Positions 1 through 8,304 of a stretch of DNA of 32,000 bases are shown in pieces. Position 1 is the stretch's first letter, and every line of letters starts with the position of its first letter. The stretch is from Fibrobacter succinogenes subsp. succinogenes S85 (GTDB taxonomy: Bacteria > Fibrobacterota > Fibrobacteria > Fibrobacterales > Fibrobacteraceae): contig NC_017448.1 of assembly GCF_000146505.1 (NCBI RefSeq), forward strand, positions 1,050,001 through 1,082,000. Direction: 5' to 3'. Made by a program: the position numbers and the translations under genes. The notes beneath the pieces are model-generated. The model was given only the letters and a program-made list of their open reading frames with translations. It made no database searches and had not been told where the DNA came from.

Positions 1-2423
1 AAATCCAACCAATACTTTTCATCGAATTTCAAGAACTGGTCGGTGTGCTCATAGATGTAGCTTTTGAGCGTCTTGATGGAATTGACGTTACCCGCTATTC
101 GCGTGTAGTATTCCACGAGTGCATCTTCGCTCGGAGCAAGCCCGAACTGGCGTTTACGCGCTTCGAGAGCATGGAGATTTTCAACAACGTGATCGTTGTG
201 CTTCATGAAATCGAAAGGCCTTGCCACCTCGCCCATCACTACCGCTTCGCGCCAGAAAATCTGAGCGCAATCTTCAGGATTCACGCGGGCGTAATCCACA
301 CGATGGCCACGGCTAATCACAAGCCCTCTAAAGCTCACTTCTTCGACAGCTTCGACAAAGCCACGTTCCTTGTTCCACGTCGGTTCAAACCAGCGGCGTG
401 TGCAGAACGGTTCTGCCACTTGCAAAATCCATTCCGGCTTGATTTCGGCAGCTTTCGTGAGGAACGTGCGGCTCGTTTCGCGCACTTCGGCACTGAAAAG
501 CCATTCCACGCTCTTGGCGTACAAATCGCTGCCCGGGAACACATGCGTTTCGCGACCGCTCACCAAGCGGTAACAGCCGTTTTCAATATCGCGATGCGCA
601 ATCCCGCCCAAGAATCCGGAAAGGAGCGCAATGTGCAAATTGTCGCGATGGAACGAATCGAACGGACAAACTTTATTTTCAAACTTTACTTCGAGAATGC
701 GGCTAAACTGTTCGTACAAATCAACCCATTCACGCAAGCGCAAAAAGTGCATGCTGTTCTTATCGCAGAACTTGCGAAGTTTGTTCCAAGATTTTCCGTC
801 CCAGTCCGTGCAGAATGCATTCCACATCGAAACGTAAACAAGAAAATCGCTCTTGTGACCGCAGAATTTTCGATGCAGCTGACGGATGCGGGTGCGTTCC
901 GGCTCATCGTTCGGCACCACACGCGGGTCCTGAATGCTAAGCGCCGAGCACACGATAAGCGCCGGCTGCAAAACGCCCAAATCACGAGCACGCAAAAGCA
1001 CCGCCGAAAGCGACACGTCCATCGGGAGGCGCGTCATATCGCGGCCAAGCTTGGTCACATAACCGCTAGAATTGTCTGCCGTGAGTGCGCCAAGTTCAAA
1101 CAACGTCTTGTAAGCGCCACGGAATGCCGAATGCGGAGGCGACTGTAAGAACGGGAAGTTTTCGAGTTCCAGCCCGAGACTGCGCAACTGCAAAACGACA
1201 TTTGCCAAATTGCTACGGCGAATTTCTGGCTCCGTGAATTCATCGCGCTTTTCAAAATTCTCGGGAGAGTAAAGGCGAATGCACACGCCGGGCTTCACGC
1301 GCCCCGCGCGTCCAGTGCGCTGCCGCGCGCTGGCCTTCGAAATTTCTTCGACGGGAAGCCCCTGGATTCTCGCCTGCGCATTGTAGCGCGAGATTCGAGC
1401 CATACCCGTATCGACAACGTAAGCAATTCCCGGAATCGTGAGAGACGTTTCAGCAATGTTCGTTGCCAAGACCACGCGAGTCTTGCCCGTGTGCTTGAAA
1501 ATGCGACGTTGCTCGTCAGGGCTCATACGCCCGTAAAGCGGGAGCACATCAAAAGTCGCTGCATCCAGCTCGTGCGCAAGCTCACCCATCAAGTCCTGAA
1601 TGTCGCGTTCCGTCGGCAAAAAGCAAAGCAAATGGTCACGATGGCGCGTTTCCAAATCGAGAATCGCATCACGCGCTTCTTCGATTAAGCCAGAATCGCC
1701 CTTGCCCGAGATGTCACGGAGTGCGCTTGCCGAACCATAGTCCGAGAAATAATACTCGACATCCACAGGGTACGTGCGGCCTTCGGCCTCCATCACGCAA
1801 CTGTTGTCATAAAATTCTTCAAAAAGTTTTGCGTCAAGCGTTGCTGATGCAACGATTAACTTGAAATCTGGACGACGAGAAAGTACCGTCTTGAAAATGC
1901 CAAGCAAGATATCGATGTTCAACGAGCGTTCATGCGCTTCGTCAATCATGATAGCATTGTACTGCCGGAACAAGCGGTCCTTGCGGAACTCCTGCAACAA
2001 GATACCATCCGTCATCACCTTGATGGGGGCTTCATTTGTACCTTGTTCCCAGAAACGAATTTTCGTTGAAACAAGCTCTTCGTCCTTGAGTTCTTCACGC
2101 AAGCGGTCCGCAATGGAAATCGCCGCCAAACGCCGAGGTTCCGTCACACCAATTTTAAAAAGTCGCACTTCGTGCTCTGAGGTATGAGCACGGGCTTCGC
2201 CCTTTGAGGTATGAGCGGCAGCCTCTCTCGTCTCTCGTCCCTCGTCTCTCGTCTTCGCAATAAACCATTCTAACAAAAACTTCGGTAATTGCGTGGATTT
2301 GCCGGAACCGGTATCGGCCTTGACGATGATAACTTGATGTTTTTCTAAAAGGTCAAAAAACTCCTCCCGATGTTCAACAACGGGAAGCTCCGGGTACTCA
2401 ATTTTCAAGTCGGTTAATTGCAT
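1..2423 (-). CDS. hrpA: ATP-dependent RNA helicase, HrpA-type DEAH-box (C-terminus beyond left edge)
   Basis: Absent from the ORF track because it runs off the edge. The reverse complement from ATG 2423 reads MQLTDLKIEYPELPVVEHREEFFDLLEKHQVIIVKADTGSGKSTQLPKF (Walker A). Further in is NAIMIDEAHERSLNIDILLGIFKTVLSRRPDFK (DEAH box). The frame is still in phase at base 1 (..YIYEHTDQFLKFDEKYWLD). The + ORF 45..1148 is its antisense shadow. Confidence 0.9.
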   Translation of the reverse strand, partial: MQLTDLKIEYPELPVVEHREEFFDLLEKHQVIIVKADTGSGKSTQLPKFLLEWFIAKTRDEGRETREAAAHTSKGEARAHTSEHEVRLFKIGVTEPRRLAAISIADRLREELKDEELVSTKIRFWEQGTNEAPIKVMTDGILLQEFRKDRLFRQYNAIMIDEAHERSLNIDILLGIFKTVLSRRPDFKLIVASATLDAKLFEEFYDNSCVMEAEGRTYPVDVEYYFSDYGSASALRDISGKGDSGLIEEARDAILDLETRHRDHLLCFLPTERDIQDLMGELAHELDAATFDVLPLYGRMSPDEQRRIFKHTGKTRVVLATNIAETSLTIPGIAYVVDTGMARISRYNAQARIQGLPVEEISKASARQRTGRAGRVKPGVCIRLYSPENFEKRDEFTEPEIRRSNLANVVLQLRSLGLELENFPFLQSPPHSAFRGAYKTLFELGALTADNSSGYVTKLGRDMTRLPMDVSLSAVLLRARDLGVLQPALIVCSALSIQDPRVVPNDEPERTRIRQLHRKFCGHKSDFLVYVSMWNAFCTDWDGKSWNKLRKFCDKNSMHFLRLREWVDLYEQFSRILEVKFENKVCPFDSFHRDNLHIALLSGFLGGIAHRDIENGCYRLVSGRETHVFPGSDLYAKSVEWLFSAEVRETSRTFLTKAAEIKPEWILQVAEPFCTRRWFEPTWNKERGFVEAVEEVSFRGLVISRGHRVDYARVNPEDCAQIFWREAVVMGEVARPFDFMKHNDHVVENLHALEARKRQFGLAPSEDALVEYYTRIAGNVNSIKTLKSYIYEHTDQFLKFDEKYWLD
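2224..2258. repeat. Tandem heptamer array TCTCTCG x ~5 inside the hrpA coding sequence
   Basis: Direct reading: tctctcg tctctcg tccctcg tctctcg tcttcgc, in continuous 7-nt phase. Confidence 0.85.
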
Positions 2424-2436
2424 TACGAGATAACAA

Positions 2437-2577
2437 TTACTCTTTAATATGCCCGCACTTATCGCAGGTGAGTTTATAGCTGTTATCGGGGTCTACGACC
2501 ATCACGCCGTCACATTCCGGCACTTCGCACGGGAGTTCGCCCGGCATCACTTCTCTATAAGTCTTTTTTTCTTCCAT
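2437..2577 (-). CDS. Small zinc-ribbon protein (46 aa) immediately upstream of hrpA
   Basis: MEEKKTYREVMPGELPCEVPECDGVMVVDPDNSYKLTCDKCGHIKE has CxxxxC...CxxC spacing. It ends 13 nt before the hrpA ATG on the same strand. Internal ATG 2577 is preferred over the track start at 2622. No clear SD. Confidence 0.45.
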   Translation of the reverse strand: MEEKKTYREVMPGELPCEVPECDGVMVVDPDNSYKLTCDKCGHIKE

Positions 2578-2638
2578 AATAACCTGAATATAGAAATTCA
2601 AGGCCCTGCTCGCCCACGACAATATTTATTTTTCGGAT

Positions 2639-3124
2639 ATGGAAAACGCAAAGACAGTCAAGCAATCTCAAGTCGAAACCCGCGACATCGTTCACCCTTC
2701 CGACGTCAACGCCTACAATTTTGTATTCGGCGGACACCTGACATCGCTCCTCGACAAGGCAGCCTGCATTGCCGCCTGCACCCATTCCAGACGCAAAGTC
2801 ACAACGGTCTCGATCGACAACGTGCGTTTTTTCAAGCCAGCCACAGTCGGAACCATTCTCACCATCAAGGCATCCGTAAACCGAGCCTTCAACACTTCCA
2901 TGGAAATCGGAGTGAAGGTCTTAGGAATCGACCCGCAAGTATCCTGGCAGCCCCAAATCATCTGCCACGCTTATATGACATTTGTCGCCCTGGACGAAAA
3001 CGGAAGACCGACCCCGATTCCCTCGATTATTCCCGAAACTGAAGACGAAATCCGCCGTTATGAAGAAGCCGGCATCCGCCGCGAAGCCAAGAAAAAACTG
3101 GCAACGGCCCTAGAAAACAAATAA
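2639..3124 (+). CDS. Acyl-CoA thioesterase, hotdog fold (YciA/BFIT-like)
   Basis: 161 aa. HPSDVNAYNFVFGGHLTSLLDKAA ... VSIDNVRFFKPATVGTILTIKASV ... AYMTFVALDENGRP is the typical hotdog thioesterase pattern. Confidence 0.8.
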   Translation: MENAKTVKQSQVETRDIVHPSDVNAYNFVFGGHLTSLLDKAACIAACTHSRRKVTTVSIDNVRFFKPATVGTILTIKASVNRAFNTSMEIGVKVLGIDPQVSWQPQIICHAYMTFVALDENGRPTPIPSIIPETEDEIRRYEEAGIRREAKKKLATALENK

Positions 3125-3216
3125 ACTCTCTCGTCCCGGAACAAGTCCGGGATGACAAAAGAATTTTATTCTCTCGTCTAAAAAACACTGGATACACTTG
3201 AAAACATTTTCATCAA

Positions 3217-3248
3217 AAAGGCCCTTTGACGGGGCCTTTGTTGTTTCT
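3217..3248 (+). terminator. Putative intrinsic terminator after the thioesterase gene
   Basis: 8-bp stem aaaggccc (3217-3224) / gggccttt (3232-3239), loop tttgacg, then gttgtttc. A weaker hairpin cccgga-acaag-tccggg lies at 3135-3151. Confidence 0.5.
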
Positions 3249-3260
3249 AGATTTTTACAC

Positions 3261-4595
3261 ATGAAACAGATCGACGTCAAAGACCGCTCGCTCATCAGCC
3301 TTTCGTGGCCGCTAATCCTCACATTTGCCGTGAGCATGATCCAGCCCATGATGGACAGCTGGTTTTTGTCGCGCACTTCCGAAACCGCAGCCGCGGGCGT
3401 CGGCGCCATGCTCCCGATTCTCGGGGCTCTTTTCACCGCGCTCCACGCATTCTCGCAATCGGGCGCCAGCATTGTTTCACAGTACATTGGCGCAAAGCAG
3501 AACAGCCACGCAAGCAGCACACAAACGATGGTCCTTTTCGGGAGCATCCTTCTCGGCATCGCTCTCACGCTCATCATTTATCCGCTTTCCGGTAACATTC
3601 CGCAATGGATGGGACTCACCGAAGCCCCCGCTGAATACGCCACGCAATTTTTAAGCGTTGTTTCATTCGGATTCGCCTTCCGCGCCTTGCAAACCATTTT
3701 GACCGCCCTCATCGCAACCCACGGCCTTACCATTTGGAACTTTGTCGGTAACACGCTCACGATTGCCACAAACGCAGCCTTGAACGTCGTATTCCTCGAA
3801 GGACTTTTCGGACTCCCTAAAATGGGCGTTCACGGAGTCGCCCTCGCGACCGCACTTTCCTGGCTCATTTCTTCGGGAATCCTTTGGCTTGTGCTCAAGT
3901 TCAAAGTACACCACCACAGCAAAATTCGCGACTGGAAACGCACCCGCGTTCTTTTGCCCGACTGGATCCGCATCGGACTCCCCGCCGCCGCAGAACCCAT
4001 CAGTTTCCAGCTTTTCCAAGTGTTCATCACAGCAATGGTCGTCTACATCGGCACAACCGCAATGACCGCCCGCGTGTTCGCAGGGAACTTTGCCGCGCTT
4101 TCCGTCATTCTCGGAGTCGGCCTTGGCAGCGGAAACCAGATTCTCGTGGCACACCTCGTCGGTGCTCATGACTACGTCAAAGCAAACCGCCGCGTCCACC
4201 AAACCCTCGCCGTGGGCATCACCAGCGGATTCTTACTATCCGTCGCAGTAGCCCTCCTCGGCGAACACCTGCTCAGGCTCTACACCGACAATCCCGAAGT
4301 CCTCCGCCTCGGGAAAATATGCCTCTGGTGCGATGTTGCCGTGCAACCCTTCAAAGCCGTAAACTTTATCGTCACCACATCGCTCCGTGCCGCAGGAGAT
4401 TCCAAATTCCCGGCACTCGTCGGTAGCGGCATGATGTGGACGCTCGGCCTTGCAACCTCGCTTATCCTCGCATTTGTCGTTGGGCTCGACCTCCCTGGCC
4501 TTTGGCTTGGCATGGCCGCCGACGAATTCTACCGTTCGTTCGCGAACATTTGGCGCTGGAAGAGCGGCCGCTGGAAAAGCAAAGCGGTGGTTTAG
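3261..4595 (+). CDS. MATE family efflux transporter
   Basis: About 12 hydrophobic segments. N-terminus MKQIDVKDRSLISLSWPLILTFAVSMIQPMMDSWFLS is typical of NorM/MATE. ATG 3261 is preferred over the TTG at 3198, which would overlap the terminator hairpin. Confidence 0.85.
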   Translation: MKQIDVKDRSLISLSWPLILTFAVSMIQPMMDSWFLSRTSETAAAGVGAMLPILGALFTALHAFSQSGASIVSQYIGAKQNSHASSTQTMVLFGSILLGIALTLIIYPLSGNIPQWMGLTEAPAEYATQFLSVVSFGFAFRALQTILTALIATHGLTIWNFVGNTLTIATNAALNVVFLEGLFGLPKMGVHGVALATALSWLISSGILWLVLKFKVHHHSKIRDWKRTRVLLPDWIRIGLPAAAEPISFQLFQVFITAMVVYIGTTAMTARVFAGNFAALSVILGVGLGSGNQILVAHLVGAHDYVKANRRVHQTLAVGITSGFLLSVAVALLGEHLLRLYTDNPEVLRLGKICLWCDVAVQPFKAVNFIVTTSLRAAGDSKFPALVGSGMMWTLGLATSLILAFVVGLDLPGLWLGMAADEFYRSFANIWRWKSGRWKSKAVV

Positions 4596-4603
4596 AAAGC
4601 AAA

Positions 4604-4637
4604 AAGTCCGGCAGGAAAGCCGGACTTCTATTTATTT
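4604..4637. terminator. Bidirectional intrinsic terminator between convergent genes
   Basis: 9-bp stem aagtccggc (4604-4612) / gccggactt (4619-4627), loop aggaaa. An A-run lies upstream and a T-rich run downstream. Confidence 0.7.
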
Positions 4638-4651
4638 AAAAATTATTAGTT

Positions 4652-5158
4652 CTACTCACGATAGACGATATTGAAAACAGTTCCTTCACTCTTTCCAAAA
4701 GTTAAATACTTTGCATCGGAAAATTTCACAGGAATATTGATTTCAAAATTAGAGAAACAAACACATCTTCTACGAATAGGCAAATATGTCGTATCAACAG
4801 TTCCTAAAGAGTCATTGACCGTAATAATGGTATCCGCAGGGACATAATCGTAATCAATAGACACGAATAAAGTGTCACTTTTACTTTCAATAGAGACTTT
4901 CGAAACCGAAGCAACTTCAGGGCATTCAGCAATCAAAGTCTTTCTCAATACAAAAGATCCATCTTTTTGTTTTATAATTTCTATAGAATCTTCCAGTACA
5001 GATTTAGCAAGAGTATTCTGACACGAAGCCTCGCTAGCAACATAAGAGCATGACTCCGCAGAATCTGCGAAAACATTTGAAGTTAGTTTATCATCACCAG
5101 AATCATCCGAACATGACACCAACAAAAAAGGTACAAAAAGAAAAGCTTTTTCAATCAT
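4652..5158 (-). CDS. Hypothetical lipoprotein (168 aa) in an AT-rich islet
   Basis: Signal peptide plus lipobox MIEKAFLFVPFLLVSC|SDD. No family motif recognised. Confidence 0.65.
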   Translation of the reverse strand: MIEKAFLFVPFLLVSCSDDSGDDKLTSNVFADSAESCSYVASEASCQNTLAKSVLEDSIEIIKQKDGSFVLRKTLIAECPEVASVSKVSIESKSDTLFVSIDYDYVPADTIITVNDSLGTVDTTYLPIRRRCVCFSNFEINIPVKFSDAKYLTFGKSEGTVFNIVYRE

Positions 5159-5246
5159 GAGTCAATTTTAACTTTTTTTTCGCATATGCTCAATAATCCA
5201 TTCAATTACATTTTTATTACAACTATTTCCTGTTCGCGTCACTTCC

Positions 5247-5330
5247 TACCGCCTACTGTCTACTGCCAACAGCCTTCTGCCAGCATATCCCAAATCACTA
5301 ACCACTAGTCACCAACCACTATTTACTACA
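5247..5330. repeat. 12-unit heptamer-phased, G-poor tract directly upstream of dnaG
   Basis: taccgcc tactgtc tactgcc aacagcc ttctgcc agcatat cccaaat cactaac cactagt caccaac cactatt tactaca. The 7-nt phase is unbroken over 84 nt and ends 8 nt before ATG 5339. Confidence 0.75.
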
Positions 5331-5338
5331 TTTGGCGC

Positions 5339-7507
5339 ATGCCGTTCTACTCCGACGAAATCATCCAAGAACTCAAGAACCAAGCGGATATCGCGCTGGT
5401 CATTCAGCAGTTCTTGCCGCTCAAAAAAAGCGGGGTCAACAAATACGTCGGCGTATGCCCATTCCACGATGACCATTCCCCGTCCATGTCGGTAAATTCC
5501 ACGCTGGGCATTTACAAGTGCTTTGCATGTGGCGCAGGTGGCGATGTTTTCAAGTTCATCCAGGAACACGAAAAACTCGACTTCAAGGGCGCTGTAGAAT
5601 GGGTCGCCAACTTTGTGGGTTTTGCACTTCCGAACCTCGGCAACAACGTCAATACCGAAGTGCTCGAAGAACGCACGATGGTCCGCAAGCTGAACGAGCT
5701 CGCCTGCGAATGGTTCGAACAGCAGCTCACGTTAAGCCCAAAGGCGTTGGAGTATTTGAACAAGCGTCATGTCTCGCCTGAGACGCGCAAACAGTTCCAC
5801 ATCGGCTACGCACCAACAGGGCGAGAAGGCTTAATCGGCTACGCCGCCCGCAACGGTTTTTCGCCTCGCGACTGCGTCAAGGCAGGACTTGCCGTCGAAA
5901 AAGAAAACGGCGGTATCGCAGACAAGTTCCGCGATCGCTTGATGATTGCCATCCAGAACCTCTCGGGTGTCGTTGTCGCATTTGGCGGTCGAGATTTGAG
6001 CGACCCCGCATCGCACAACGGAATAAAGCTTGCCAAGTACATGAACAGCCCGGAAACGGCGCTTTACAGCAAGCGCGATATTCTCTTCGGTCTGAACCAC
6101 AGCCGAAACGCCATCATGAAGGAAAATGCGGTCATTATCGTCGAAGGATATTTTGACCTCATCAGCCTTTACCAAAGCGGTGTGCAGAACGTCGTGGCCG
6201 CATCGGGTACGGCACTGACCGAGAATCACGCTAGCATTCTCGCCCGCTACGCAAAGACCGCTTACCTTGTATTTGACGGAGACGCCGCCGGGCAAAACGC
6301 CACGCGCCGCAGTCTCGAAATCGTGCTACCTAAGGGTCTTTCGCCAAAAGTTTTTGCACTTTCGCGACCGGACGGCACCAAGATTGACCCGGACAACTTC
6401 GTGAACGAACAAGGCCCGGACGCTTTCAGAAGAGCGCTCCGCACCGCCGAAGACTGGCTCAGCTATCTCGGGCGAACCATGCCGAACAACAGTCCCGAAG
6501 ACCGAGCCGCATTCATCACGCAGGCGAAGACACTCATCAAGAGCATCGAGAACCCGGAACTCCGCAATCAGTATTTGAAGCTCGTTTCCGAGCGTTACAG
6601 CACAACGCGCTCGCTCGCAGGCATCAAGGTGGCACACCCGAAACGCGAAAAAGCACCCACCGCCGAACAGCCAGCAGCACCGCAAGTGAGTGTCCCGTGG
6701 GAACTGCTCTCGCCGATTGAAGTGCGTTTTGCAAACTTGCTGTTCAGGAACCCCACGCTTCTTGACCGCGCCGCAGAATATTTCGACATGGACTTTGCCG
6801 CAAGCGGAATCCAAATTTTTGATTCTCCGCTGATTGATGAATTTATCCAGTCCATTCTCGCGCAGTACGCTGAAACGGGCGCGTTCTCGCCAAGAGTCTT
6901 GTACGAATCGCTTTCGCCACAGTTGCAACTTTTCTTGGAGCAACTCCCTGACGAAACGTGGAAAACGCCGAACGAAATTCTGGAATTTTACGACACGTTG
7001 GCCGTGCTCACACTCAACCTGTGCGACCGCTACAAAAAGCTCATCCCGCTCGACTCCGAAGCGGGCATGCGTCTCCGTATGCAGTTGAACAAATTCACGC
7101 AGGGCATCCAGACGATTTCCAGGAAGCGCAAGATTTCGGCCATTACGCCGGATGTTTTCGCCGAGCAGATTATCCAGAGCAAAACACCGCTCATCGAGCT
7201 TTACACTGAAATTAACGAGCTTGCGATGAACGGAGGGAACGCCGCGCAGTTCTCGCAGCAGGTCCCCGCGCAATTTGCAGCACCCGGCGCACAATTTAAT
7301 GATGCGCCCGCCGTGCAGTCCGCATTCCAGCAACCCGAAATGCCACCCGAGATGGAAGCCCCGCCTCCATTCGATGGTGACGAGCAATTTGCATCAAGCG
7401 AACCTCCCGAAGAAGCTCCGTACGATCCGAACGAAGAACCTTACGTTCCCGATGACGAGCCCTACGTTCCCGACGATGACTTTGGAGCCATGGACGATTT
7501 CGGCTAA
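5339..7507 (+). CDS. dnaG: DNA primase with a long acidic/Pro-rich C-terminal extension
   Basis: Zinc-binding CPFHDDHSPSMSV..YKCFACGAGGD, then a TOPRIM region (IIVEGYFDLISLYQSG ... YLVFDGDAAGQNA). 722 aa. Confidence 0.95.
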   Translation: MPFYSDEIIQELKNQADIALVIQQFLPLKKSGVNKYVGVCPFHDDHSPSMSVNSTLGIYKCFACGAGGDVFKFIQEHEKLDFKGAVEWVANFVGFALPNLGNNVNTEVLEERTMVRKLNELACEWFEQQLTLSPKALEYLNKRHVSPETRKQFHIGYAPTGREGLIGYAARNGFSPRDCVKAGLAVEKENGGIADKFRDRLMIAIQNLSGVVVAFGGRDLSDPASHNGIKLAKYMNSPETALYSKRDILFGLNHSRNAIMKENAVIIVEGYFDLISLYQSGVQNVVAASGTALTENHASILARYAKTAYLVFDGDAAGQNATRRSLEIVLPKGLSPKVFALSRPDGTKIDPDNFVNEQGPDAFRRALRTAEDWLSYLGRTMPNNSPEDRAAFITQAKTLIKSIENPELRNQYLKLVSERYSTTRSLAGIKVAHPKREKAPTAEQPAAPQVSVPWELLSPIEVRFANLLFRNPTLLDRAAEYFDMDFAASGIQIFDSPLIDEFIQSILAQYAETGAFSPRVLYESLSPQLQLFLEQLPDETWKTPNEILEFYDTLAVLTLNLCDRYKKLIPLDSEAGMRLRMQLNKFTQGIQTISRKRKISAITPDVFAEQIIQSKTPLIELYTEINELAMNGGNAAQFSQQVPAQFAAPGAQFNDAPAVQSAFQQPEMPPEMEAPPPFDGDEQFASSEPPEEAPYDPNEEPYVPDDEPYVPDDDFGAMDDFG

Positions 7508-7539
7508 GCCCAACAAGATTTTAAAATTAAAGAGGAAAT

Positions 7540-8289
7540 ATGTTATCCATCAAGAACCTTAAAGCAAGTATCGAAGACGGCACCCAAATCCTGAAAGGGA
7601 TCAATCTCGAGGTCAAGCCGGGAGAAGTCCACGCCATCATGGGCCCGAACGGCTCCGGCAAAAGCACGCTTTCCAAAGTGATTGCAGGCCACCCCGCCTA
7701 CCATGTCGATGGCGGTTCCGTAGAACTGGACGGCAAGAACTTGCTCGAAATGGAAATCAACGAACGCGCCAACTCCGGTCTCTTCATCAGCACGCAGTAC
7801 CCGACCGAAATCCCGGGCGTGAACAACGTCGAATTTTTGAAGATGGCGCTCAACAGCAAGCGAGCCTTCCTCGGCCAGCCCGAAATGAGCGACGAAGATT
7901 TCAAGAAGCTCTGCGAAGAAAAGATGGACTTGCTCGAAATGGACGAACGTTATCGTGAACGCGGCGTGAACGACGGCATGAGCGGTGGCGAAAAGAAGCG
8001 CAACGAAATCCTCCAGATGGCCATTCTCGATCCGAAGGTGAGCTTCCTCGACGAAACGGACTCCGGCCTCGATATTGACGCACTCCGCATCGTGGCAAAC
8101 GGCATCAATCACATCATGTCGCCCGAAAAGGCCGTGATTCTCGTGACGCATTACCAGCGCTTGCTGGACTACATCAAGCCCACTTACGTTCACGTGCTCC
8201 GTCACGGCAAAATCATCTTGAGCGGCGGCCCGGAACTTGCCCTCAAGCTCGAAGATCAAGGCTACGACTGGATTGAAGAAGCCAAGTAA
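7540..8289 (+). CDS. sufC: Fe-S cluster assembly ATPase SufC
   Basis: MLSIKNLKASIEDGTQILKGINLEVKPGEVHAIMGPNGSGKSTL (Walker A), MSGGEKKRNEILQ (signature), SFLDETDSGLD (Walker B). SD aagagga lies upstream. It starts 32 nt after dnaG. Confidence 0.95.
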   Translation: MLSIKNLKASIEDGTQILKGINLEVKPGEVHAIMGPNGSGKSTLSKVIAGHPAYHVDGGSVELDGKNLLEMEINERANSGLFISTQYPTEIPGVNNVEFLKMALNSKRAFLGQPEMSDEDFKKLCEEKMDLLEMDERYRERGVNDGMSGGEKKRNEILQMAILDPKVSFLDETDSGLDIDALRIVANGINHIMSPEKAVILVTHYQRLLDYIKPTYVHVLRHGKIILSGGPELALKLEDQGYDWIEEAK

Positions 8290-8304
8290 AGTCGAGGACG
8301 CATA

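Noticed and set aside
45-1148. 367-aa plus-strand ORF at the left end.
   Set aside because: It is antisense to the hrpA frame, which reads through with DEAH-helicase motifs. There is no SD or motif.
3198-3260. N-terminal extensions proposed by the track: TTG 3198 for MATE, TTG 21221, TTG 16969, ATG 25946, ATG 26760, ATG 30614, ATG 31367 and ATG 17910.
   Set aside because: In each case an internal ATG or GTG has a better SD, creates a classic stop/start overlap, restores a proper signal or prepilin leader, or avoids a terminator or promoter.
6326-7387. 353-aa minus-strand ORF, plus 5831-6295.
   Set aside because: Both are antisense to dnaG.
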